A stretch of 64,000 bases of DNA from an uncultured delta proteobacterium (GCA_963823335.1 CAWGLD010000005.1:160001-224000), one strand, 5' to 3'. Positions 50,344 to 60,758 are shown, numbered from the stretch's first letter. The notes: a model not told the origin generated them from the letters alone. Translations and numbers: made by a program.

Positions 50344-51144
50344 ATGATCATCAGCATCAAGGGCGCCGGAGAGATCGCCAGCGCAATCGCCTGGCGGCTA
50401 TATATGGCGAACATTCGAAAAATATTTATGATGGAATGTTCCAGGCCGCTGGCGGTGAGACGCAATGTCTCCTTCTGTGAAGCTGTTTACGATGGAACCA
50501 GCGAAGTGGAGAACGTCAGGGCCGTTCTCTGCCATGATGTCAGTGAGATCGAAAGGTGCTGGCAAAACGAAACTATCGCCGTTACCGTGGACCCCACAGG
50601 GCAACTGCTGACACAACTACCTGTCAATGTTGTGGTGGACGCTGTACTGGCCAAGCAGAATCTTGGGACGACGATGGGTGACGCGCAGCTCGTTATCGGT
50701 TTGGGACCGGGGTTCATTGCCGGGCGTGATGTGCATGTGGTTGTTGAAACCAACAGGGGGCATGATTTGGGAAGAATTCTGCTCTCGGGTTCTGCAGAGC
50801 CCAATACCGGTATCCCGGGAAGCATCGATGGTTATACCGAGCAGAGGGTTTTAAGGGCACCGGCAGCGGGCCGATTCATATCGAACAAAAAAATTGGTGA
50901 CTGTGTGGAGAAAGACGATATTCTCGGCAGGGTTGACAACATGGCGGTTTCGGCTCAAATCAATGGAATTCTGCGCGGTCTTATCAGACCGGACAGTGAG
51001 GTTAGGAAAGGATTGAAAATAGGTGATATCGATCCAAGGAGGCAAAAGGATTACTGCCATACGATTTCCGATAAAGCGCGCGCGATCAGCGGTTCCGTAC
51101 TGGAAGCTGTCTTGAGAGTATTCCCACCAGGCCAAAACTTATGA
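50344..51144 (+). CDS. yqeB: Selenium-dependent molybdenum hydroxylase system protein YqeB (EF2563 family)
   Basis: KGAGEIASAIA, PLAVRR, DAVLAKQNLGT, GPGF, ETNRGHDLG, KIGDIDPR, SDKARAI. Confidence 0.92.
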   Translation: MIISIKGAGEIASAIAWRLYMANIRKIFMMECSRPLAVRRNVSFCEAVYDGTSEVENVRAVLCHDVSEIERCWQNETIAVTVDPTGQLLTQLPVNVVVDAVLAKQNLGTTMGDAQLVIGLGPGFIAGRDVHVVVETNRGHDLGRILLSGSAEPNTGIPGSIDGYTEQRVLRAPAAGRFISNKKIGDCVEKDDILGRVDNMAVSAQINGILRGLIRPDSEVRKGLKIGDIDPRRQKDYCHTISDKARAISGSVLEAVLRVFPPGQNL

Positions 51145-51158
51145 AATCAGCATGATTT

Positions 51159-51962
51159 TTACGATAAGGGCTGATGAAAAGCATGCCATTCGAGTACCGG
51201 TGGTTCATGTGCGATACTGCCAAGTATCACACGTGAAATATCCGGGGGGTTTGTCTCGGCAAGAGATTGAATGATGGATTGCCCGGCATGTTTGTTTTGG
51301 GGGCTGTCTGCCTGGTTGAGAAACGCAATTTTCCTGGCCCCTGTGGGTGTTCCTTGAAAAACTCCTTGCCGGTGGCGTAACAGGTCGCATATGGTTTTAG
51401 CCACAATGTTCTTGCCTTCTGGCAAACCGGTAATTTTCGAAACAAGCTCGGGTCTGAATACGGTGTGTTTATCAAGAGGTCGTCCCAGGGCGCTGAGACC
51501 GATGATACCGATGACCCAGTCGCTACATTCCGGAACGACGGGCTCGTGTGCTGCAGGCGCCTTCAGGGGCAGCCTGGCCGCTCCATCCGCCTCGACAATT
51601 ATCCAGCGAAAAAGGTTTGATCTCAGGAACAGTTCAATCGTTTCAGGTAACAATCCGGTGAGTTTTCCAGTTTCTGGCATATAATGAGCGGCGGCGGTAA
51701 TATGGGGGGTGTGCTTTAGCATCTGCCTGGCCCTGTTTAATATTTTGTCTGGGGAAGGAGAAACAAGCAGGTGGGCTGACTGGTCTGTCGTTGGATATAA
51801 AATCTTTGTGGTGGTGGTTGTCAACACGGAGGCCCCTGTTGATGAAAGCTCGCGGGCTAACCTGAACATCAAGCTCGTTTTGCCGCCCGCCCCAACAAGG
51901 CTGATCACACCCTTGTTTTTCAGCCCAAGCCCTTGGTATAAAGAGGTCATTAATTTATCCAT
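51159..51962 (-). CDS. yqeC: Selenium cofactor biosynthesis protein YqeC
   Basis: VGAGGKTS, TTTTKI, VEADGAARLPLKAPAAHEPVVP. Confidence 0.92.
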   Translation of the reverse strand: MDKLMTSLYQGLGLKNKGVISLVGAGGKTSLMFRLARELSSTGASVLTTTTTKILYPTTDQSAHLLVSPSPDKILNRARQMLKHTPHITAAAHYMPETGKLTGLLPETIELFLRSNLFRWIIVEADGAARLPLKAPAAHEPVVPECSDWVIGIIGLSALGRPLDKHTVFRPELVSKITGLPEGKNIVAKTICDLLRHRQGVFQGTPTGARKIAFLNQADSPQNKHAGQSIIQSLAETNPPDISRVILGSIAHEPPVLEWHAFHQPLS

Positions 51963-52020
51963 TTAAGAGGTCAGCTATTTTTATAACAGAAAACAGATCA
52001 GACCGTCAAAAAGAGTTCCC

Positions 52021-52647
52021 ATGGTGAAGAAAAAACCGACAGCAGGAATTGTTTTGGCGGCCGGCATGTCTTCAAGATTCGGGAGACCCAAGCAATTGCT
52101 GGAGCTTGGAGGAAAGCCTGTTATCGAATGGACCTTGAAAGCCTGTCTGGATTCACAACTTGAAAGTATTTATTTAATTCTTGGTTATAAACACCGGCAA
52201 ATATTGAAAAAAATATCAAAGGAAATTAGATGTTCCCTCCGAAATGTCATTGTAAATAATAACTATAAAAGCGGTCAAAGCACGTCACTTCAGGCCGGTA
52301 TACGGGCCATTGGAGATGCCTATCCATCTGCCATGTTTATTTTAGGTGATCAGCCTTTCATTGATTCGCCGACAATAAATCATCTGTTGGAACGTTTCTG
52401 GGTTTCAGGAAAAAATATCTGTGTCCCCTTTTATCAGAAGAAAAGAGGCAATCCGGTAATTTTCAGCACCCTGTTTTATGATAAAATAAACAGCATAAAA
52501 GGGGATATCGGCGCCAGGGGAATCATAGAAGATCATCCGGGCCATATCCTTAGCGTTCCAGTGAAACGGCTATCCTTTTTTCACGACATTGACACTCAGA
52601 GAGATTTCGAAAAGGCCCAGGCATTCATCGCGTCTCAGGACCGTTGA
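52021..52647 (+). CDS. mocA: Molybdenum cofactor cytidylyltransferase
   Basis: LAAGMSSRFG.PKQLL, GQSTSL, LGDQP, RGNPV, GDIGAR, DIDT. Confidence 0.88.
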   Translation: MVKKKPTAGIVLAAGMSSRFGRPKQLLELGGKPVIEWTLKACLDSQLESIYLILGYKHRQILKKISKEIRCSLRNVIVNNNYKSGQSTSLQAGIRAIGDAYPSAMFILGDQPFIDSPTINHLLERFWVSGKNICVPFYQKKRGNPVIFSTLFYDKINSIKGDIGARGIIEDHPGHILSVPVKRLSFFHDIDTQRDFEKAQAFIASQDR

Positions 52648-52652
52648 GTCGA

Positions 52653-53672
52653 TTATTTGCCGAAGGGGCAGATAGGGAAACGGCAGGTGTCGCAATTGGA
52701 ACAGAAACCACCGTGCCCCATGGCAACGATATCGTCTCTGGTTACGGATTCACCAGCCAGGAGTCTTGGCACCACCAGATCGAAAATCGACGTCTGGTGA
52801 TACATGACACATCCGGGGAGTCCTATGACCGGGATATTCTGAACATAGGCCAGCATGAACATTGCCCCCGGCAGAACCGGGGCACCATAGACAATGACTT
52901 CTCCGCCGGCAGCGCGAATACTGGCGGGTGTCTGGTCATCCGGATCCACCGACATACCGCCGGTGAGGGCGATCATATCGGCTCCTTTTTGGATGAAATC
53001 GTGGATGGCTTTCACCGTCATTCCAACATCATCTGACACTTTAACATTGCCCATTACACGACTGCCGAGGCTAACGAACTTTTTTTCAACCACCGGTCCA
53101 AATCCATCTTCGATACGGCCTTCAAAGACTTCACTACCTGTTACGATCAGGCCTACCCGGTATGGCACAAAGGGCTTTACCTGCAGTATGGGGAAATGAT
53201 TTCGGCAGATAGCCTCCACGCGCCGGATACGCGCTTCGTCGGTTACCAGTGGTATGATGCGTGTCCCTCCCACCGGCTGGTTGTCGCTAACCGGCTGGTT
53301 GCTGTGAAGTGTCGCAAACATGATATCTTCGATCTGGTTGATCAGGGACAGCGCCGGTGCATCGACCTTAAACAGACCTTTTTCGGCAGCTGTAAGGGTT
53401 ACTTTTCCTTCGGAGGGGTCGGACAATAAAAGCCCAAGACCTGCGGCAGCCTTGGCGATCCGTTTGGCGGCTTCATTTTCGTGCACCTGGTCTTTTGTCA
53501 ATTCAAAGACATAAATGAATCGCTTGCCGAGGTCGAGCAATTTCTCGATATCGGAATTTTGGATGACATGACCTTTGCGAAAGGAAGGTCCTTTGAATTT
53601 CCCCGGGACGATTTCCGTGACATCATGACATAGCACCATCCCGGCTGCGTTTTTTACGTGGATACTTTTCAT
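52653..53672 (-). CDS. MoeA-like molybdopterin-binding protein
   Basis: GMVLCHDVTEI, VTGSEV, TGGMSVDPDD.TP, YGAPVLPGAM, C-terminal GGFCSNCDTCRFPICPFGK. Confidence 0.88.
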   Translation of the reverse strand: MKSIHVKNAAGMVLCHDVTEIVPGKFKGPSFRKGHVIQNSDIEKLLDLGKRFIYVFELTKDQVHENEAAKRIAKAAAGLGLLLSDPSEGKVTLTAAEKGLFKVDAPALSLINQIEDIMFATLHSNQPVSDNQPVGGTRIIPLVTDEARIRRVEAICRNHFPILQVKPFVPYRVGLIVTGSEVFEGRIEDGFGPVVEKKFVSLGSRVMGNVKVSDDVGMTVKAIHDFIQKGADMIALTGGMSVDPDDQTPASIRAAGGEVIVYGAPVLPGAMFMLAYVQNIPVIGLPGCVMYHQTSIFDLVVPRLLAGESVTRDDIVAMGHGGFCSNCDTCRFPICPFGK

Positions 53673-53955
53673 GGTTTTCCCTGATAACGTCGCGTAAGGA
53701 TATTATCTGATACGACAGTCTCGCTTATCCATCGAGCAAAAAGCTGACATTTCCAGACATACTGGAGCTCTGTTTAAAAGCACATTGACATGAGAATATC
53801 AACCCAACAAAAATGATTATCCCTTTTTTTATTCTGTATCGAAAACCTGGCCCTTTGGACCTGGGTATTTGCCAAGCAACACCAAAGGTGTCCGTTATCG
53901 TGTTGTTGGATAATTCCCCTGTTGACACGCCACACGGCCATGGTATCTTCCCTGC

Positions 53956-55071
53956 ATGATTGCCGTCAATGCCGCTGCCATTATTCTCGCTGCAGGAGTA
54001 TCCTCACGCATGGGTAAATTCAAGCCCCTCCTGCCACTGGGCAATAAAACCGTGATCGAGCGAATTGTGGCGATGTTTTTACATGCCGGTGTTCGTGATG
54101 TACGGGTCGTCTTAGGATACAAGGCCCGCGATGTGATCGCCGTGCTGAAGAATCTGGGGGTGTCCTGGTGCATCAACGATGATTACCCGTCGGAAATGTT
54201 CACCTCCGTAAAAGTGGGGTTAGGTGGTCTGAAACAGGATGCCGAGGCTTTTTTTGTATTACCGGTTGATATTCCCCTGGTTAAAGCACAGACACTCCAA
54301 TGGCTCATGGGGGGTTCTGCTAAAGACACACACCAAATCATGTACCCCACATTTCTTGGTGAAAGGGGGCACCCACCCCTGATTTCGCGCCACTATGCGC
54401 GGGAACTCATGACTTGGGCAGGCAAGGGTGGTCTGAAGGGGTTCTTAGAACAGTATGACCATAATTCCCGCGATGTGCCGGTGTTCGACGAGGGAATCCT
54501 GATGGACATGGATACGCCCAGCCAATATCGGGAGATTGTCACTCGGTATGAAAAAAGACAGGTTCCAACCAAGGCAGAAATCACAGCCATGATGACAACC
54601 CGTTTTTCCGCAGATCATCGTGTTGTAAAGCACAGCAAGGTTGTCGCACGGGTTGCACGGGTTGTCGGGGAAAAGCTGTTGAATGCCGGGCACAAGATAG
54701 ATGTCAGCCTGGTGGACGCCTGCGGGTATCTGCATGACATAGGGAAAGGTGAAAAACAACATGCAAAATTCGGTGCTCGACTTCTGAAAAGCATGGGATA
54801 TCCACAGGTTGCCGATATCATCGTGTCCCACATGGATTTATCTTTTGCTGAAGAAGGCAACATTACGGAAAAAGAGGTTGTTTATCTGGCCGACAAACTG
54901 ACGTATGGTGAAAAAATATTGCCTCTCGACAAACGATTGAAATCGAAATTGAACCAGCTCACCGATCAAACAAAGGGAAAAGTGGCTGCTGAAAAGCGGA
55001 TTAGAACCGCCATGCAGATTGAGCATGCGATTGAAAAAATTGTCGGGGAAAAACTGTCGGTGTTTTTATAA
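53956..55071 (+). CDS. MobA/MocA-like NTP transferase fused to HD domain
   Basis: LAAGVSSRMG.FKPLL, PVDIP, GHPPL, DMDT; H...LHDIGK...H...HMD...YLADK. Confidence 0.88.
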   Translation: MIAVNAAAIILAAGVSSRMGKFKPLLPLGNKTVIERIVAMFLHAGVRDVRVVLGYKARDVIAVLKNLGVSWCINDDYPSEMFTSVKVGLGGLKQDAEAFFVLPVDIPLVKAQTLQWLMGGSAKDTHQIMYPTFLGERGHPPLISRHYARELMTWAGKGGLKGFLEQYDHNSRDVPVFDEGILMDMDTPSQYREIVTRYEKRQVPTKAEITAMMTTRFSADHRVVKHSKVVARVARVVGEKLLNAGHKIDVSLVDACGYLHDIGKGEKQHAKFGARLLKSMGYPQVADIIVSHMDLSFAEEGNITEKEVVYLADKLTYGEKILPLDKRLKSKLNQLTDQTKGKVAAEKRIRTAMQIEHAIEKIVGEKLSVFL

Positions 55072-55086
55072 GCGTGAGAATATCAT

Positions 55087-55395
55087 CTCAATATCAAGGA
55101 TAAGGGCCTGGTGGTCATTTCCGGCTGTGCCCATGCAGGTATCGTGAATACAATCAAATATGCACAGCATATTACGGGCGTAAGGGATGTATGGGCGGTC
55201 ATGGGCGGCTTTCATTTGTCAGGGGCGGATTTTGCCGGTGTCATATCGCCTACCACGGCAGGGTTAAAAGAGATCAATCCTCATTACATCATACCAGCGC
55301 ATTGTACCGGTCGGGATGCTGTCATGCACATTGAAAGGGAGATGCCTGATGCGTTTTTGTTGAATATGGCAGGCACAAAAATGACATTTGCTTAG
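55087..55395 (+). pseudogene. C-terminal fragment of an MBL-fold metallohydrolase
   Basis: KGLVVISGCAHAG, GGFHL, PAHCTG; N-terminal HxHxDH half missing; in-frame stop at 55075. Confidence 0.8.
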
Positions 55396-55401
55396 GAGCC
55401 C

Positions 55402-55463
55402 TAAGCTGTAAGCCATAAGCGATAAGCTGCTTACTGCTTAAAGCTTATCGTCGCTTATCGCTT
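55402..55463. repeat. Heptamer TAAGCNN tandem repeat with inverted arm (family B)
   Basis: taagctg-taagcca-taagcga-taagctg / cttactg-cttaaag-cttatcg. Confidence 0.85.
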
Positions 55464-55529
55464 GACAGACCCGGTTATCGTGCCTATTTACTGCTTCTGA
55501 AAAATGAACCGCAACAGGAGAATTAAAAC

Positions 55530-55910
55530 ATGAAAATCGCTTTTCCAACGCAGGAAAATAAAGGCTTAGAGAGTACAGTGCACAACCATTTTGGGTCTGC
55601 ACCGTTTTTTGTTGTTGTGACTTCGGAGAATGGTGAATTGGAAATTCTGGACAATCAAGATCTGGGACATGAACATGGGAACTGCCAGCCGTTGGCCGCG
55701 CTTGGCGGGGCACCTGTCGATGCGGTGGTGGTGGGCGGTATCGGCGGTGGTGCGTTAAAAAAACTGGCGGATGCCGGCATCCAGGCCTACCGGGCAGTGG
55801 AAGGAACGGTATCTGATAATCTTTCACTCATAAAAGAGGGCAGGTTGCCCGTGTTTACCATCGACCAGACCTGCCGCGGGCATCAGGGGATCGGCAATTG
55901 CGTTCACTAG
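55530..55910 (+). CDS. NifB/NifX-family (FeMo-cofactor-binding domain) protein
   Basis: MKIAFP, HFGSAPFF, GGIGGGA. Confidence 0.88.
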   Translation: MKIAFPTQENKGLESTVHNHFGSAPFFVVVTSENGELEILDNQDLGHEHGNCQPLAALGGAPVDAVVVGGIGGGALKKLADAGIQAYRAVEGTVSDNLSLIKEGRLPVFTIDQTCRGHQGIGNCVH

Positions 55911-56092
55911 AAGCATCTCAAAAATGTCTTTAGGCCCAAATCCTGTGTTGGGTCCTCGTTTCAAGTCCTCAACATACTTGAGTATGCCTGCGGGTTGAAA
56001 CTTGGATCCGTCTTGGCTTTGACGAAGATCCCGCTCTTTTTGCGGGGAACCAGAATCCTGTTTTTGAGATGGCTTCTAATAAGGAATTGAAG

Positions 56093-56248
56093 ATGTCTGC
56101 TAAAAAATTTGAAACGACCGGCGCTTCTGATGGTGATATCTTCCGCGTTCTGCAGGACATTCCAGCCAAAAAGCATCACTGTATCCAGTTGGCGGTCAAA
56201 GCGCTTCACAAAACAATTGATGCTTATCAACAGCGCAACCCGCTATAA
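56093..56248 (+). pseudogene. NifU/IscU-like C-terminal fragment (51 aa, absent from ORF track)
   Basis: DIFRVLQDIPAKKHHCIQLAVKALHKTIDAY resembles the IscU LP..K.HC..LA..AL..AI..Y helix; other Cys motifs absent. Confidence 0.6.
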
Positions 56249-56299
56249 CATCTGGTTTATATCTTCAACTCCTGGCGAGAAACCTGCCTGGTTAGCATG

Positions 56300-57217
56300 C
56301 TAACCGGGCGTACCGGAGTTGCGATAGTGTACAACGGAGTCGGCAGAATAGACAGCAAGGGCTGCCCAGATCAGGAAAAAGCTGATAAGCTGTTCTATCT
56401 TAAATGGCTCCAGATAAACAAAGACAGCCATCACAAACATACAACTGGGCGCGATGTATTGCAGGAAGCCCAGTGTTGTCAGTCTGACTCTACGGGCACT
56501 CATGGCAAATAAAAGCAGGGGCAGGGCGGTGACAATTGACGTTCCCATAAGAAGCAGATCGATCTGAAGCGATAGCTTTAAAAAAACGGCGGAGCCGTTC
56601 ATGCCCAGATAGATCAAGTATCCCAAGGCGGGTGCGGTCAACAAAAAAGTTTCGATGGCCAGGCCCACCAGAGAACCCACCGCGATAATTTTGCGGATCA
56701 ATCCATATAAACCGAACGTAAGTGCAAGGATGCATGCGATCCAGGGAAACTGGCCATAAAAGATGGTGAGAAAGAATACTCCCCCTCCGGCAAGCAGCAC
56801 CGCAAGTACCTGGAAAGTCCTTAGGCGCTCTTTCAAAAACAGGGTGCCCAGCAGGACATTCACGAGGGGGTTGATATAGTAGCCGAGACTGGCCTGCAGC
56901 AGAAACTCATTGTTGATCGCCCAGATGTAGACGAGCCAGTTGCAGGAGACAAACAGGGAGGTTACCGCCAGGGTACAAATTGAGCGCCAGCTTGTCAAAG
57001 CCAGCAGGAATTCTTTCCAGCGTCTCCTGAACAAAATCAAGGGCATGAGGAGCAGAAAGGACCAGACCACCCTGTGGGCAACGATTTCGAGTGCCGGTAC
57101 TGCCGTCAATGTTTTCCAGTAAAGTGGGCTGATACCCCAGATGAGAAAAGCGGCTGCACCGAAAACAACACCGGAAATCGGTGTGGGGGTGGTTTTGTCT
57201 GAAGATGGTGGGCTCAT
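56300..57217 (-). CDS. rarD: EamA-family transporter RarD
   Basis: HRVVWS, NWLVYIWA, ASLGYYINPL, GFLQYIAPS. Confidence 0.93.
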   Translation of the reverse strand: MSPPSSDKTTPTPISGVVFGAAAFLIWGISPLYWKTLTAVPALEIVAHRVVWSFLLLMPLILFRRRWKEFLLALTSWRSICTLAVTSLFVSCNWLVYIWAINNEFLLQASLGYYINPLVNVLLGTLFLKERLRTFQVLAVLLAGGGVFFLTIFYGQFPWIACILALTFGLYGLIRKIIAVGSLVGLAIETFLLTAPALGYLIYLGMNGSAVFLKLSLQIDLLLMGTSIVTALPLLLFAMSARRVRLTTLGFLQYIAPSCMFVMAVFVYLEPFKIEQLISFFLIWAALAVYSADSVVHYRNSGTPG

Positions 57218-57664
57218 GAGAGGTTGTCGGGCGTTTTCGGCGTATGGTGACGCGGTTATTTCAAACGTTTGACCCTTCTGCTGATGATGGATACCGATTT
57301 CTCAAGCGCGAGAACTTTTTTTTCGACATTTCCAAGGGTGTAATCTGATCCACTCATAACGCAGGTTGCTTCTGACTGATTCCATCCTTTTCCTCAAAAT
57401 AAATTTGTTTTACGAATTTATACCGCTTGTCATAATAATGTTCCGAAAATAGGATGGCGGCATAAGGGGTTGTAGCAGATAAAAGGTCCTCAATCGGAAC
57501 GGTTTTCTGGCAACCCCTATATAAAACGCGACGATGTCGCTTTTTTGTGAGAGAACAACGAGAACTATATTCCAAATTGGTCATGAATAACAAGCATTTT
57601 GTATTCTATAACTTTAATTTATTACCAAGCGACACAACAATGCAGTGATAGGGAGAGGTAGACG

Positions 57665-58129
57665 ATGGGGACTGAAATCGAAAGAAAATTTCTGCTGAAG
57701 AACGATGCATGGCGATCTCTGGCCAGGGGGACGAGATACAGGCAAGGGTATTTGAACAGTACCAAGGAGCGTACCGTACGGGTACGCACCATCGAGAACA
57801 GCGGCTATTTGACCATTAAAGGGCCTAACGAAAGAGCTACCCGGGTCGAATATGAATATGGCATTCCTGAAAGCGATGCAACGGCCATGTTGGATGATCT
57901 CTGCGAGAAACCCATCATCGAAAAAGATCGGTATAAAATTGAATTGGGCGGGCTGGTCTGGGAAGTCGATGAGTTTTTCGGTGAAAATACAGGATTGATT
58001 GTGGTAGAGGTAGAATTGGAAAGCGAGGACCAGGATTTTGAAAAACCGGAGTGGATCGGCGATGAAGTGACGGGTGAACCTAAATATTATAATGCCAGCC
58101 TTGTGATTCATCCATACACGAAATGGTGA
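57665..58129 (+). CDS. CYTH-domain (triphosphate tunnel) protein
   Basis: EIERKFL, QGYL, TVRVR, LTIKG, WEVDEF, EVELE. Confidence 0.93.
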   Translation: MGTEIERKFLLKNDAWRSLARGTRYRQGYLNSTKERTVRVRTIENSGYLTIKGPNERATRVEYEYGIPESDATAMLDDLCEKPIIEKDRYKIELGGLVWEVDEFFGENTGLIVVEVELESEDQDFEKPEWIGDEVTGEPKYYNASLVIHPYTKW

Positions 58130-58211
58130 GGATTTTAACCCGTTGCTTTCCTGTCATTTTTCTGATAATAGCGATCATATCTTCAATCTTACCGGAAAAC
58201 AGAGCTCTCCC

Positions 58212-58553
58212 ATGAATGAACAGGATCATCAAAATAGCGATCAGGACCGGCGTTCTGAGCAGAGGATGGCGCCTGACAAGTATTACAGTGTTCAATTTTC
58301 CGTTAAAGACCTGGCCTACATTTATCAGTTCAAAATACGCGATGTCTCAGCCGAGGGGCTTTGTATCCTGGTGGATGAGAATTCAGAAGTGTTGAAACAT
58401 CTCAAAGCAGGTGATGTCATCGACATGAAGTATTACCTGTCCGAATCCATGGGTACAACGGAAGCCCTCAAGACAGAAATCCGCCATGTCACCAAGGATG
58501 CGGATATGCGTTTCAAGGGACATTGCCAGGTCGGTCTGCTTATTCTTGAATAG
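58212..58553 (+). CDS. PilZ-domain protein
   Basis: RRSEQR and DVSAEG (RxxxR, DxSxxG). Confidence 0.82.
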   Translation: MNEQDHQNSDQDRRSEQRMAPDKYYSVQFSVKDLAYIYQFKIRDVSAEGLCILVDENSEVLKHLKAGDVIDMKYYLSESMGTTEALKTEIRHVTKDADMRFKGHCQVGLLILE

Positions 58554-58613
58554 CTATAAGCAATAAGCTCTAAGGGTTAAGCTACAAGCGGATAGCCAGC
58601 TTATGCTTACTAG
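58551..58613. repeat. Heptamer repeat family B
   Basis: taagcaa-taagctc-taagggt-taagcta-caagcgg ... cttatg-cttac. Confidence 0.75.
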
Positions 58614-58744
58614 TAAAAATTACCCCCCCAAACATAGAAGAATCTCAAATATGCCGACAACTGCATCACAGCAGGCACTGACTGGATTGCGAGATCTTTC
58701 CATGCTCGAATGGTACGTGATCCCTTACCGCGTAAGGTTTATCT

Positions 58745-58771
58745 CCTTGGATCCAGGACCTCTTGGACCCT
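58745..58771 (-). repeat. Partial octamer repeat (family C) just after the PBP1A stop
   Basis: ccttggatccaggacctcttggaccct resembles 14234-14277. Confidence 0.5.
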
Positions 58772-58773
58772 TT

Positions 58774-60708
58774 TTATGGTTTCCTCACAAGTATCGTAAC
58801 CGAACCGGGGATGTCATCGATAGTAATGACACCCGTGTGGGGATCCATGTGAACCTGGGAAACGTCGTCTGGAATGCTGAAGTGGCGATAGGGCCGGTCT
58901 TTAAGCACCTCCGACATGAATGCCACCCAAATGGGAAGGGCTGCTCTTGCTCCGGTTTCCCCTTTTCCCAGAGACTCGGATCCATCCTGGCCGACCCATA
59001 TGCCTACCGTAATTTCCGGTGAAAAACCGATAAAAAGTGCATCCCTGAAATCATCTGTGGTACCTGTTTTCCCGGCTACTGGTCTCTGAAGAATTTTTGC
59101 TTTCCGACCGGTTCCTTCCTGGACAGCCGCCACCAGCATGTCTGTAACAATGGCTGCACCGCTTTCAGACATGACGACACGTTTCTCAGGAGTGGGATGC
59201 CAAATTGTCCGGCCCCTTGAATCATCAACCGCCATGATACTGAACGGTTTTACAGCCCTGCCTTTGTTCGGAAATACGGCGTATGTGCTGGTGAGATCCA
59301 GAAGGGATATTTCCGATGTGCCCAGGGCCAGGGACAATTCCGGCGGCAACAACGAGGAAATCCCCATGGTGTGTGCAAACTGAACTACCGCTGATGGGCC
59401 CAGCATCTGAATAAGTCGTACAGCCGGAATGTTTTTTGATGTGGCCAGGGCTTTGCGAAAGGTTATCTCTCCGGAATAGGTATTGGAAAAATTTTGGGGC
59501 TGCCAGACTTCCTGAGAGGGGCTGTTTCTAAAAGCGACCGGCGCATCGAGCACCATCTGGTTTTGGGAAAATCCGTTTTCTACAGCGAGGGCATAGACGA
59601 TCGGTTTGAAGGCGGATCCCGGCTGTCGTTTTGCCATGGTGGCCCGGTTGTATGAATTCTCATAGTAGTCTTTGCCCCCGACCATGGCCAGAATCGCACC
59701 AGAATCCACCTGAAGGGCGATCAAAGCGGCCTGAAGTGATATTACAGGCACGTTTTGGCGTTTCATACGGGATTCCAGGTCAGCCAGGCCTTTTTGGACG
59801 GCGTCTTCAGCTGCTGACTGCATTTCATTTGAGAGTGTCGTATAAACGTTTAATCCGCCTTTATAGAGCTGGGAGGGACCCAGTTTTTTTTCGAGTTCTT
59901 TTTTGGCATGTTCGACAAAATAGGGCGACGTGGAGGCTGTATTCCTGTTGCCGGCCGTTGCTACGGGTGTATTCAATGCAGACTGATAGTCTTTTTCCTG
60001 GATAATACCGGTGGCGAGCATCTGCTTCAAAACAATATTTCTTCGTTGTTCTGCCAGTTCCCGATTCACCAGGGGGGAGAAACGGGAGGGGGCTTTCGGC
60101 ATGGCCGCGATCAGAGCACATTCCGGCAGGTCAAGCTGTTTTACCGATTTTCCAAAAAAAATGTCAGCTGCCGACTCAACCCCATAGGCGCCGCTGCCGA
60201 GGTATATTTGATTGAGATAAAGCTCCAATATTTCGGCTTTTGTGTATCTGCGTTCAATCTGGAATGCCAGTATCGCTTCCTTGATTTTTCTGGGGAGTGT
60301 TTTGCTGGAGGCCAGAAAAAGGGTTTTGGCGAGTTGCTGCGTAATGGTGCTGGCACCTTCGACAAATTTACGTGCTTTAATGTCCCTGACAAGCGCCCGC
60401 AGGATGCCTTTGAGGTCGATCCCGCTGTGCTGGTAGAAGTTTCTATCTTCCGTCGCAACGAGACCGGCTTTCAAGAAATAGGGAATATCTTCCAGGGACA
60501 CCGGTCTTCTTTTTTCCATGAATAGTTCGGACAGGATTACGCCATCAGCGGAATGTATACGCGTAACGGCAGAGGGAACATAGGATTTTAATGCCAGAAT
60601 TTGGGGGAGGTCGTGGGTCAACCCAAAAAAGGCACCGGCCAGCACGCCGCAGCTGGTGCCGAAAACCATCAACAGCAACAGGGTGATATATTTTCTATTG
60701 GCTTTCAT
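58774..60708 (-). CDS. Penicillin-binding protein 1A (transglycosylase-transpeptidase)
   Basis: EDRNF, GASTITQQ, RKIKE, YLNQIY, PGSAFK, SKN, GKTGT. Confidence 0.95.
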   Translation of the reverse strand: MKANRKYITLLLLMVFGTSCGVLAGAFFGLTHDLPQILALKSYVPSAVTRIHSADGVILSELFMEKRRPVSLEDIPYFLKAGLVATEDRNFYQHSGIDLKGILRALVRDIKARKFVEGASTITQQLAKTLFLASSKTLPRKIKEAILAFQIERRYTKAEILELYLNQIYLGSGAYGVESAADIFFGKSVKQLDLPECALIAAMPKAPSRFSPLVNRELAEQRRNIVLKQMLATGIIQEKDYQSALNTPVATAGNRNTASTSPYFVEHAKKELEKKLGPSQLYKGGLNVYTTLSNEMQSAAEDAVQKGLADLESRMKRQNVPVISLQAALIALQVDSGAILAMVGGKDYYENSYNRATMAKRQPGSAFKPIVYALAVENGFSQNQMVLDAPVAFRNSPSQEVWQPQNFSNTYSGEITFRKALATSKNIPAVRLIQMLGPSAVVQFAHTMGISSLLPPELSLALGTSEISLLDLTSTYAVFPNKGRAVKPFSIMAVDDSRGRTIWHPTPEKRVVMSESGAAIVTDMLVAAVQEGTGRKAKILQRPVAGKTGTTDDFRDALFIGFSPEITVGIWVGQDGSESLGKGETGARAALPIWVAFMSEVLKDRPYRHFSIPDDVSQVHMDPHTGVITIDDIPGSVTILVRKP

Positions 60709-60758
60709 TGAAGGTCGCTTGACTTATGGTTCCCGTGATATTAAATTTGGACCGCGAC

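Noticed and set aside
55530-56248. Nitrogen fixation genes
   Set aside because: NifX-like and NifU-like domains are widespread; no nifHDK.
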